A program made the position numbers and the translations under genes. From Actinomycetota bacterium (GTDB lineage: Bacteria > Actinomycetota > Thermoleophilia > RBG-16-64-13): a stretch of 61,000 bases of DNA. Below, one piece after another: positions 25,369 to 33,420 of this stretch. The first letter of the stretch is position 1. Every line of letters starts with the position of its first letter. The notes beneath the pieces were generated by a model, which saw only the letters and a list, made by a program, of their open reading frames with translations, did not search any database and was not told where the DNA came from. The DNA is taken from NCBI GenBank assembly GCA_012729575.1, contig JAAYCW010000009.1, forward strand, positions 1 through 61,000, given 5' to 3'.

Positions 25369-25845
25369 ATGGCAGAAATCTTCCTGCACAATCTGAAACC
25401 CGATCCCGGGGCCCGTCGCGGCAGGAAGCGTGTGGGCCGGGGTGAGGGTTCAGGCCTGGGCAAGACTGCAGGCCGGGGAAACAAAGGCTCCAAGCAACGG
25501 TCTGGTGGCCAAATCTCGCCCCGCTATGAGGGCGGTCAGATGCCTCTGCATATGAGGTTACCCAAGCTGCGGGGTCCGCTGGCCAAGACCGCCATGCCCA
25601 TCGGTCCGTTTCGCACGTATATGACCCCCATCAACCTGTCCCGCCTGGCGGTGTTCGGCGCGGGAGAGGTGGTGTCGCCGGAGGCGCTGGTGGAGAAGGG
25701 CATTATCAAGAAGGTGGACGAGAGGATCAAGATCCTGGCATCGGGGGAGCTGACGCAGTCCCTCACCATCAGAGCCCACGGTTTCAGCGCCGCTGCTCTG
25801 GCCAAGATCGAAGCCGCCGGTGGGACGGCGGAAGTGATCGAGTAA
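25369..25845 (+). CDS. rplO: 50S ribosomal protein L15
   Basis: [35 protein letters not shown]. Confidence 0.97.
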   Translation: MAEIFLHNLKPDPGARRGRKRVGRGEGSGLGKTAGRGNKGSKQRSGGQISPRYEGGQMPLHMRLPKLRGPLAKTAMPIGPFRTYMTPINLSRLAVFGAGEVVSPEALVEKGIIKKVDERIKILASGELTQSLTIRAHGFSAAALAKIEAAGGTAEVIE

Positions 25846-25887
25846 CGTGCAGACCGACGACCCTCGGACCGTAGAGGTGAGAACCTG

Positions 25888-27138
25888 ATGTTCCAGTCCC
25901 TGCTGAATGCCTGGAGGCTCCCGGATCTTCGCAAGAAGCTCCTCTTCACGGCCATGATCATCGCCGTCTACCGGCTGGGTTGCTATATCCCTGTGCCGGG
26001 TGTGGACGTGAGTTCCATCAACGAGATGTTCAATGTCGGAGGGGTCTTCGATTTCTACGACCTCTTCACGGGCGGCGGTCTACAGCGGGTGGCGATCTTC
26101 GCCATGGGCATCATGCCCTACATCACGGCGTCGATTATTATGCAGCTACTGGCCCTGGTGATCCCTCGTTTGGAGGCCCTTATGAAGGAAGGGCCGTCGG
26201 GACAGAAGAAGGTCAACCAGTACACACGGTATTTCACGGCCGGCCTTGCTTTCATAGAGGCTATCGGTTTCGTGTTCTTGTTCCGAAGCTACGGCGCTTT
26301 CCCAGAGACCGCGCCGTTGAACCCCATGCGCTTCTTCCTGATCGTCTTGACGCTCACGGTGGGGGCGGTGCTTGTGATGTGGCTGGGTGAGTTGGTGACC
26401 CAGCGCGGTATCGGCAACGGCATCTCCCTGATGATCTTTGCCAGCATCGTCTCACGCCTGCCCGGTGGTCTGCAGATGTTATTCACGCTCAATCCGGGCA
26501 TCTGGGTGGCTATGGGGGTGGTGGCCCTGCTGGTTGTCATATTCATCATCTACGTGACGCAGGGGCAGCGTCGGATACCGGTCCAATATGCCAAGAGGGT
26601 GGTGGGCCGAAAGGTCTACGGTGGTCAGAGCACGTATCTACCTCTGCGCGTCAACATGGCGGGAGTCATCCCGGTCATCTTCGCGTCTTCAGTGCTGTTG
26701 TTCCCGGTCACGCTGGCGCAGATGACGCCATGGGGTTGGACCCAGAAGCTGGCTGAGGTGTTCAGCCCCAGCTCGTGGTGGTACATCGTGGCCGAGGTGA
26801 TTCTGATCGTCCTTTTCACGTATTTCTACACGGCTGTGCAATTCAATCCCATCGACCAGGCCGACAATCTGAAGAAGTATGGGGGCTTCGTGCCGGGTAT
26901 CCGCCCCGGCCGGCCGACCGCGGCCTATCTCGACCGGGTTCTGACCCGTATCACCTTCCCGGGTGCGTTGTTCTTGGCGGCCATCGTATTGCTGCCTACG
27001 GCGCTGATCAAAGGCATGAGTGTTCCCTTCTACTTTGGTGGCACATCGCTTCTGATCGTGGTGGGTGTAGCTTTGGATACGATGCAGCAGATGGAATCAC
27101 AGCTTCTCATGAGGCACTACGAAGGTTTCCTCAAGTGA
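25888..27138 (+). CDS. secY: preprotein translocase subunit SecY
   Basis: 416 aa, about 10 TM segments; LRKKLLFTAMIIAVYRLGCYIPVPGV; GIMPYITASIIMQLL. Confidence 0.98.
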   Translation: MFQSLLNAWRLPDLRKKLLFTAMIIAVYRLGCYIPVPGVDVSSINEMFNVGGVFDFYDLFTGGGLQRVAIFAMGIMPYITASIIMQLLALVIPRLEALMKEGPSGQKKVNQYTRYFTAGLAFIEAIGFVFLFRSYGAFPETAPLNPMRFFLIVLTLTVGAVLVMWLGELVTQRGIGNGISLMIFASIVSRLPGGLQMLFTLNPGIWVAMGVVALLVVIFIIYVTQGQRRIPVQYAKRVVGRKVYGGQSTYLPLRVNMAGVIPVIFASSVLLFPVTLAQMTPWGWTQKLAEVFSPSSWWYIVAEVILIVLFTYFYTAVQFNPIDQADNLKKYGGFVPGIRPGRPTAAYLDRVLTRITFPGALFLAAIVLLPTALIKGMSVPFYFGGTSLLIVVGVALDTMQQMESQLLMRHYEGFLK

Positions 27139-27163
27139 CACCGGCCGGCAAGGGAGGGGCGCA

Positions 27164-27826
27164 ATGACTCAGTTCAATCTCATCCTACTCGGGCCTCCCG
27201 GTGCAGGTAAGGGCACCCAGGCCGGGCGCATCGTCGCCGAGTATGGCATCCCGCACATCTCCACGGGTGACATACTACGTGCGGCGGTGAAGAACCAGAC
27301 CCAGATGGGACTCGAGGCCAAGAAGTTCATGGACGCAGGCGAGCTGGTCCCCGACAGCGTGGTGATCGGTATCGTCAAAGACCGTCTTCAGGAGCCTGAT
27401 ACGGCGAAGGGGTTTCTGATGGATGGATTCCCCCGTACCATTCCGCAGGCGGAGGCTTTGGATGAGGTCTTGGATGCTCTTGACCGCGGTGTGACGAAGA
27501 CCTTGGTCATCCTGGTGGATGAAGAGGATCTCGTCCGGCGGCTCACGGGGCGGCGCATCTGCCGGTCTTGCCAAACGCCTTTTCATGTGATGTTCAATCC
27601 TCCCAAGAACGAGGGTGTGTGCGACGTTTGCGGCGGCGAGCTCTATCAGCGCGATGACGATACCGAAGCCACTGTGCGAAACCGGCTTGACGTATACCGG
27701 AATCAGACGGAGCCTCTCATTGATTATTACGATCGCGCGGGAGTGGTGGCTAGGATCGATGGCGCTCAGGCGCCGGATGTGGTCTACGAGAGCATCCGCG
27801 CAGCGCTCGGACCTGCTGGTGCGTAG
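27164..27826 (+). CDS. adk: adenylate kinase (Zn-binding lid)
   Basis: P-loop LLGPPGAGKGTQA; lid CRSC...CDVCGGELYQRDDD. Confidence 0.97.
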   Translation: MTQFNLILLGPPGAGKGTQAGRIVAEYGIPHISTGDILRAAVKNQTQMGLEAKKFMDAGELVPDSVVIGIVKDRLQEPDTAKGFLMDGFPRTIPQAEALDEVLDALDRGVTKTLVILVDEEDLVRRLTGRRICRSCQTPFHVMFNPPKNEGVCDVCGGELYQRDDDTEATVRNRLDVYRNQTEPLIDYYDRAGVVARIDGAQAPDVVYESIRAALGPAGA

Positions 27827-27859
27827 GCCGGCTTTCAAGGCGACAGAGGGAAGAGCGTT

Positions 27860-28621
27860 TTGATCATTCGCAAGTCACAGGCGGAGATAGAGAAGATGGC
27901 CAGAGCGGGTAGAGTGCTCCGGGAGTGTCTGAATCTCTTGGGCCGGATGATCGAACCCGGCATAACGACCATAGAACTGGATCGCGTGGCGGAGAAGTAC
28001 ATCGTGGATGAGGGTGGTATACCGACCTTCAAGGGCTACCAGGGCTTCCCTGGCTCTATCTGTGCGTCGCCCAACGATATGGTCGTGCACGGTATCCCGG
28101 GCAAGGTCCGTCTCCGCGAAGGCGATATCGTAGGTATCGACGTGGGGGTGACCATGGATGGGTACATCGCCGATGCCGCTACTACCTTTCCAGTCGGCGT
28201 GATCACCGGCGAAGCTTCCGACCTGTTACGGGTGACGGAAGAGTCGTTGATGCAGGGAATCGCTCAGTGCAGGATAGGCAATAGAGTGGGCGATATCTCT
28301 CATGCTGTGCAGACTCACGCGGAAGCCCACGGTTACTCGGTTGTGAGAAGCATGGTGGGGCACGGGGTGGGCCGCGAGATGCACGAGGATCCTCAAGTGC
28401 CGAATTTCGGTCCTCCCGGTCAAGGGCCGGAGTTGCGCGAGGGCATGGTCATCGCCATCGAGCCGATGATCAACATGGGTGGTTCCGAGGTCGAGGTGGG
28501 CGAAGACTCCTGGGCCATCTACACCAAGGACGGCAGTCTCTCCGCCCATTTTGAACACACAGTGGCCATTACTAAGAAAGGGCCGCGGATTCTTACTGTA
28601 GCTACAGCGGCGGGAGCCTAG
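27860..28621 (+). CDS. map: type I methionine aminopeptidase
   Basis: TTG start; metal ligands in DIVGIDVGVTMDGYIAD, GHGVGREMHE and IAIEPM. Confidence 0.96.
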   Translation: MIIRKSQAEIEKMARAGRVLRECLNLLGRMIEPGITTIELDRVAEKYIVDEGGIPTFKGYQGFPGSICASPNDMVVHGIPGKVRLREGDIVGIDVGVTMDGYIADAATTFPVGVITGEASDLLRVTEESLMQGIAQCRIGNRVGDISHAVQTHAEAHGYSVVRSMVGHGVGREMHEDPQVPNFGPPGQGPELREGMVIAIEPMINMGGSEVEVGEDSWAIYTKDGSLSAHFEHTVAITKKGPRILTVATAAGA

Positions 28622-28695
28622 CAGGATGGGGGCTTGTGCTAAGATAAACGGCCGGTTTTTGGCCGGAGTGTCGATTATTGAGATGGTGGTCAGCG

Positions 28696-28917
28696 GTGTC
28701 TCCTAAAGAAGAAGCGATAGAACTTGAGGGCGAGGTAGTCGAAGCCCTGCCGAACACCATGTTCAAGGTGCGGCTCGACAACGAACTGGAGATACTGGCT
28801 CACATATCCGGCAAGATGCGCATGAACTACATACGGATCCTGCCCGGAGACAGGGTGAAGGTCGAGTTATCGCCTTACGATCTGACTCGTGGACGGATCA
28901 CGTATCGTTTCAAGTAG
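28696..28917 (+). CDS. infA: translation initiation factor IF-1
   Basis: GTG at 28696 gives a 73-aa product: [66 protein letters not shown]. Confidence 0.93.
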   Translation: MSPKEEAIELEGEVVEALPNTMFKVRLDNELEILAHISGKMRMNYIRILPGDRVKVELSPYDLTRGRITYRFK

Positions 28918-28931
28918 AGGAAGGAAGAAGC

Positions 28932-29045
28932 ATGAAAGTGAGAGCGTCGGTCAAACCGATGTGCGAAAAATGTAAGGTAATCCGGCGCAGAGGCGTGGTT
29001 GTGGTCATTTGCCAGAATCCGCGCCACAAGCAGCGGCAAGGTTAG
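28932..29045 (+). CDS. rpmJ: 50S ribosomal protein L36 (Zn form)
   Basis: 37-codon ORF not in the track: [48 protein letters not shown] upstream. Confidence 0.95.
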   Translation: MKVRASVKPMCEKCKVIRRRGVVVVICQNPRHKQRQG

Positions 29046-29063
29046 GTCAGGTAGGAGTAACGT

Positions 29064-29441
29064 ATGGCTCGTATCGCTGGTGTCACTCTTCCCCGGGACA
29101 AGCGGATAGAGATAGGTCTGACGTATGTTTACGGTATCGGCCGGTCGCTGTCCAACCAGATCCTTTCAGCGGTCAACATCGATCCCGAGACTCACGTCAA
29201 GGATCTCACTGAAGACGAAGAGATCCGTCTGCGCGGCTACATCGAGGACAACGTCCTGGTAGAGGGCGATCTTCGGCGTGAGCGTAGCCAGAACATCAAG
29301 CGACTTATGGAAATCGGCTGTTACCGGGGCATACGGCATCGGCGCGGCATGCCCGTCCGCGGCCAGCGCACCAAGACGAACGCCCGGGTGCGCAAGGGGC
29401 ACAAGCCGACCGTGGGCGTCAAGAAGAAGGTGCGGGTCTAG
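29064..29441 (+). CDS. rpsM: 30S ribosomal protein S13
   Basis: [26 protein letters not shown]. Confidence 0.97.
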   Translation: MARIAGVTLPRDKRIEIGLTYVYGIGRSLSNQILSAVNIDPETHVKDLTEDEEIRLRGYIEDNVLVEGDLRRERSQNIKRLMEIGCYRGIRHRRGMPVRGQRTKTNARVRKGHKPTVGVKKKVRV

Positions 29442-29488
29442 CCGGCGGGCTGTCTCGCAGGGATATCTAGGGACGGAGAAAAGAAGAC

Positions 29489-29896
29489 ATGCCGAAACCG
29501 AAGCGTACTGCCACCGGTTCGCGTGGGCGGCGCCGCAAGGTACGGAAGAGTATCGCGGTGGGCAATGCCTACATCAAGACATCGTTCAACAATACCCTGG
29601 TCACCCTCACCGACAAGGAGGGGAACGTGATCGCCTGGGCGAGCGCGGGCTCGGCAGGATTCAAGGGTTCGCGTAAGTCCACCCCCTTCGCCGCCCAAGT
29701 CACCGCGGAAAAAGCCGCTCGGGCTGCCATGGAGCACGGGCTACAGAAGGTTGACTGCTTTGTCAAGGGACCGGGGAGCGGCCGGGAGACGGCCATACGC
29801 TCGCTGCAGGCTACCGGCATCGACGTGACCAGCGTCAAGGACGTCACTCCTATCCCTCATAACGGTTGCCGTCCTAAGAAGCGGCGCAGGGTATAG
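29489..29896 (+). CDS. rpsK: 30S ribosomal protein S11
   Basis: [30 protein letters not shown]; [16 protein letters not shown]. Confidence 0.97.
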   Translation: MPKPKRTATGSRGRRRKVRKSIAVGNAYIKTSFNNTLVTLTDKEGNVIAWASAGSAGFKGSRKSTPFAAQVTAEKAARAAMEHGLQKVDCFVKGPGSGRETAIRSLQATGIDVTSVKDVTPIPHNGCRPKKRRRV

Positions 29897-29909
29897 AGGA
29901 GCGGCATAG

Positions 29910-30536
29910 ATGGCAAGAGATAGATCACCACAGTGCAAGCAGTGTCGTCGCGAGGGCGAGAAGCTTCTTCTCAAGGGCGAGCGGTGTTTGACCGACAAGT
30001 GCGGGCTAGATCGTCGGGCGTATCCACCGGGAGAACATGGACGGGGTCGCAGGCGGAAGCAGTCGGAGTACCTCACCCAGTTGCGCGAGAAGCAGAAAGC
30101 CCGCCGCTATTATGGAGTCCTCGAGGGCCAGTTTCGCAATTACTATGAAGCGGCTGCCCGGCAGCCGGGTGTCACGGGCGAGAACCTGCTCAGACTCCTT
30201 GAGTTGCGTCTCGATAATGTCGTGTACCGTCTGGGCTTTGGGGCCTCGCGCCGGCAGGCGCGGCAGTTGGTGAGGCACGGCCATTTCACCGTCAACGGCC
30301 GCAAGGTGAACATCCCCTCGTACCGAGTGAAGACCGACGACGTCATCGCCGCGGTGTTGGATAGTGAAGGTCTGAAAGCCGTCGTCGAAGACGCCACGGA
30401 TCTCACGGCATCGGTGCCGGCTTGGCTCCAGGCCGATCATGACAACATGGTGGGCAAAGTCCTTCGGCAGCCTGAGCGGACGGACATCGATATCCCTGTT
30501 CAGGAGTCCCTCATCGTGGAGCTGTACTCCAAGTAG
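29910..30536 (+). CDS. rpsD: 30S ribosomal protein S4 (N-terminal Cys4)
   Basis: [25 protein letters not shown]; S4 RNA-binding domain [25 protein letters not shown]. Confidence 0.97.
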   Translation: MARDRSPQCKQCRREGEKLLLKGERCLTDKCGLDRRAYPPGEHGRGRRRKQSEYLTQLREKQKARRYYGVLEGQFRNYYEAAARQPGVTGENLLRLLELRLDNVVYRLGFGASRRQARQLVRHGHFTVNGRKVNIPSYRVKTDDVIAAVLDSEGLKAVVEDATDLTASVPAWLQADHDNMVGKVLRQPERTDIDIPVQESLIVELYSK

Positions 30537-30553
30537 CCTGTTAGGAGGGCCGA

Positions 30554-31492
30554 TTGTTAGATTTTGCCACCCCGCATAGTGCTTACGAGCCGGCCGGCGA
30601 GAACCGGGGCCGCTTTGTTGTGGAACCTCTTTCTCGGGGCTTCGGCTACACCTTCGGCAACTCTCTCCGGCGGGTTCTGCTCTCCTCCCTGGAGGGAGCG
30701 GCGGTCTCGGCTGTCAAGATCACCGGGGTCGAACACGAGTTCTCGACGGTGCCACATGTCAAAGAGGATGTGACCGATATCATCCTCAACCTCAAGAAGA
30801 TCGTGTTTCTGCTGCATGGAGAGGCTGCAGAGCATGAAGTGATGCTGGTCAAGGACGGTCCGGGAGATGTGACCGCAGGCGATATCGAGCTTCCTGCGAA
30901 CGTTGAGGTCACGAATCCTGATGCCTACGTTGCGACGCTCGACGATGGCGGTCGCTTGGAGATGCGTCTGACCATTCGACGCGGTCGCGGCTATGTCTCG
31001 GCCGACGACAATAAGCGACCCGGGACCCCTCTGGGGGTCATCCCCGTGGACTCCATCTTCTCGCCGGTCACCCGTGTGGCCTATAGTGTGGAGCCCGCTC
31101 GGGTTGGGCAGCGCACCGACTATGACAGGCTGACCCTGGAGGTCGAGACCAACGGGGCCGTCGAGCCCGACGCGGCTGTGCGGAGGGCCGCTGAGATTTT
31201 GCGTGACGATTTGACCTCGGTGTTCCTGGGCGATGTTGATGCGGAGTGGGACGAAGATGAGGCCGGAGTCGAAGAAGACCTCCGGAGCAGTGAGGATGAC
31301 ATGCTCATCGACGATCTCGATCTGGGTGTTCGGTCGCTGAACTGTCTCAAGCGCGAAGGGATCGAGACGGTCGGCGATCTCCTTGCGAAGTCGGAGCAGG
31401 AACTCATGTGTATCCCGAACTTCGGCCGCAAGAGTCTGGACGAGGTGCGTGAGCGCCTCGACGCGAACAATTTGAAGCTTAGAGGAGAGTAG
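30554..31492 (+). CDS. rpoA: DNA-directed RNA polymerase subunit alpha
   Basis: TTG start; 312 aa; GYTFGNSLRRVLLSS; CTD LDLGVRSLNCLKREGIETVGDLL...IPNFGRKSLDEV. Confidence 0.97.
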   Translation: MLDFATPHSAYEPAGENRGRFVVEPLSRGFGYTFGNSLRRVLLSSLEGAAVSAVKITGVEHEFSTVPHVKEDVTDIILNLKKIVFLLHGEAAEHEVMLVKDGPGDVTAGDIELPANVEVTNPDAYVATLDDGGRLEMRLTIRRGRGYVSADDNKRPGTPLGVIPVDSIFSPVTRVAYSVEPARVGQRTDYDRLTLEVETNGAVEPDAAVRRAAEILRDDLTSVFLGDVDAEWDEDEAGVEEDLRSSEDDMLIDDLDLGVRSLNCLKREGIETVGDLLAKSEQELMCIPNFGRKSLDEVRERLDANNLKLRGE

Positions 31493-31493
31493 G

Positions 31494-31844
31494 GTGAGGC
31501 ACCAGAGAAAAGGGAGAAGGTTCGGCATGCAGCCGGACCATCGTCGGCAGATGCTGGCGAACCTTGCTTGCTCTGTGCTCGAGCATGGGCGCATCAAGAC
31601 CACCGAGGCTCGGGCCAAAGAAGTGAGACCGGTGGTCGAGAAGATGATCACCATGGGAAAGGCCGGAGACCTCAATTCGCGGCGCACGGCCATCAGTCAG
31701 CTGCGCAACAAGAAGATCTCGTATAAGCTGTTTAACGAGATCGCGCCCAGATATGCGGATCGTCCGGGTGGGTATACGCGCATCACGCATCTGGGTCCCC
31801 GGTTGGGTGACGCAGCGGAGATGGTCTATCTGGAGCTGGTTTAG
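31494..31844 (+). CDS. rplQ: 50S ribosomal protein L17
   Basis: GTG start; RHQRKGRRFGMQPDHRRQMLANL. Confidence 0.97.
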   Translation: MRHQRKGRRFGMQPDHRRQMLANLACSVLEHGRIKTTEARAKEVRPVVEKMITMGKAGDLNSRRTAISQLRNKKISYKLFNEIAPRYADRPGGYTRITHLGPRLGDAAEMVYLELV

Positions 31845-31890
31845 ACGCTCAACGAGCAGCGAGCTAGAGGTTTGACGTGATATTCGGCCG

Positions 31891-31920
31891 GTGCCGGGCC
31901 CCGATACAGGGTCCCGGCAC
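31891..31920 (+). terminator. GC-rich hairpin after rplQ (possible operon-end stem-loop)
   Basis: GTGCCGGG (31891-31898) pairs with CCCGGCAC (31913-31920). Further C/G pairs tighten the loop around GATA. TTGTCTC follows. Confidence 0.45.
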
Positions 31921-31941
31921 TTGTCTCATGTGGAGACAGGT

Positions 31942-32772
31942 GTGGAGCACAACCACCGTATGGAGTTGCAGTACGAAGGTACCGGACTGCACGGCTGGGC
32001 CAAGCAGAAGGGTCTCACGACCGTTGAGGGCTGCCTCGAGAAGGCGCTGAGCACTGTGCTCGGTTCGGCTCCGGAACTGCGGGTGGCGGGGCGGACCGAC
32101 GCCGGTGTGCACGCTCGCCGCCAGGTGGCAAGCCTACGTCTACCGGCCGGCATCGATCTTCTGCGCCTTCGGACCTCCCTGAACGCGCTTACTCCGCCGG
32201 GGATAGCGGTCACTCGGATTACGAGGGCACCGGCTCGATTCGATGCTCGTGAGGACGCCTACAGTCGGGTGTACCGCTACTATCTGTCGACCCTTCCGGT
32301 GCTGCCCCCTTTCTGGAGTCGCTATTGCTGGTATCTGCCGGCTCGGGTCGATGAAGGCGCTCTGCGCGCTGCCGCGGCCGCTGTGGTTGGCCGCCATGAT
32401 TTCACGGCTTTCACGCCCACGGAGACCGAGCATGTGTATTTCCGTCGGTCGGTGTCACGTTGCGCGTGGAAGCGTGGCGCCACCACTGTGTTCGCGCCGG
32501 CCGGTGCCGCGCGCGGGACGGCTCCCATTAACGGACGTGCGAACCTTCTGTATCTGGAGATCGAGGCGGAAGCCTTCTTGCGGCACATGGTGAGGACCTT
32601 GGTCGGCACCATGCTGGAAGTGGCCCAAGGCAAACGAGCGCTCGAGGACATCGACCGGTTGCTTCGGGGCGGCTCTCGGGAGGAGGCAGGCCCGACGGCT
32701 CCCGCTTGCGGCCTTTTCTTGTGGGATGTGAGGTACGGGCGTGCGGGGAGCGGCTGGCGGGATCGGAGATGA
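31942..32772 (+). CDS. truA: tRNA pseudouridine(38-40) synthase TruA
   Basis: N-terminal strand LQYEGTGLHGWAKQ, catalytic RTDAGVHA, C-terminal LFLWDVRY. The start is uncertain (GTG 31930/31942 or ATG 31960). The ORF-track start at 31891 lies inside the hairpin. Confidence 0.85.
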   Translation: MEHNHRMELQYEGTGLHGWAKQKGLTTVEGCLEKALSTVLGSAPELRVAGRTDAGVHARRQVASLRLPAGIDLLRLRTSLNALTPPGIAVTRITRAPARFDAREDAYSRVYRYYLSTLPVLPPFWSRYCWYLPARVDEGALRAAAAAVVGRHDFTAFTPTETEHVYFRRSVSRCAWKRGATTVFAPAGAARGTAPINGRANLLYLEIEAEAFLRHMVRTLVGTMLEVAQGKRALEDIDRLLRGGSREEAGPTAPACGLFLWDVRYGRAGSGWRDRR

Positions 32773-33339
32773 CATGCTAGGCGAGGGGTTGTCTCGGCGG
32801 AGGAACTGCGCGAGATACGAGCGCATGGGCTGGAGATGCTCTAAGTCGGGCTGGAGTCCGGGGACGACGAGACGTTGATCCGCACCCGCAAGGGAGTGAC
32901 CTCAGCGCAGATCATCGATGGTTGCCTCAAGGCTAAGGAGACCGGCTTCGCCCTGTCACTTACCGCGGTCCTTGGCCTCGGGGGTGAAGAGCGGTCTATC
33001 GAACATGCTCGGGCGACCGCCAGAGCCTTCTCCGCCATAGACCCAGACTACATCGCCATGCTCTCGCTGATGCTGGTGAAGGACACACCCCTGGTTGAGG
33101 CGGCTGCCCGGAACGATTTTGTGTTGCCGGGGCCAGAGGCGATTCTGCGCGAGTTGCGCGAGATCATCGCCGAGACCGACGTGACCGGCGCCGTCTTCTG
33201 GACTACCCACGCCTCGAATTGCCTCGCTCTGGAGGGGTCACCGCCGGACGACCAGGAGGCGATGCCGGCCGCGTTGGACGGGATCCTAGCCATGGGTTCC
33301 TCGGCCCCGCCACAACCGGAGTCTCTTAGCGGGCTGTAG
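32773..33339 (+). pseudogene. 5'-truncated, stop-interrupted remnant of a radical-SAM enzyme gene
   Basis: The frame reads ..SAEELREIRAHGLEML*VGLESGDDETLIRTRKGVTSAQIIDGCLKAKETGFALSLTAVLGLGGEE... with a TAA at 32842-32844. This is the TIM-barrel back half typical of radical-SAM proteins. The CxxxCxxC N-terminal half is absent. The longest intact piece (32875-33339) starts at a TTG. Confidence 0.6.
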
Positions 33340-33420
33340 ACCAGCGGAGAGAACGCCTGCCGGCAACTCCGCAGTGGCTGTCTCTGCATCGTCCCCGACA
33401 GGCTCTCCCTTCTTGCCCGG

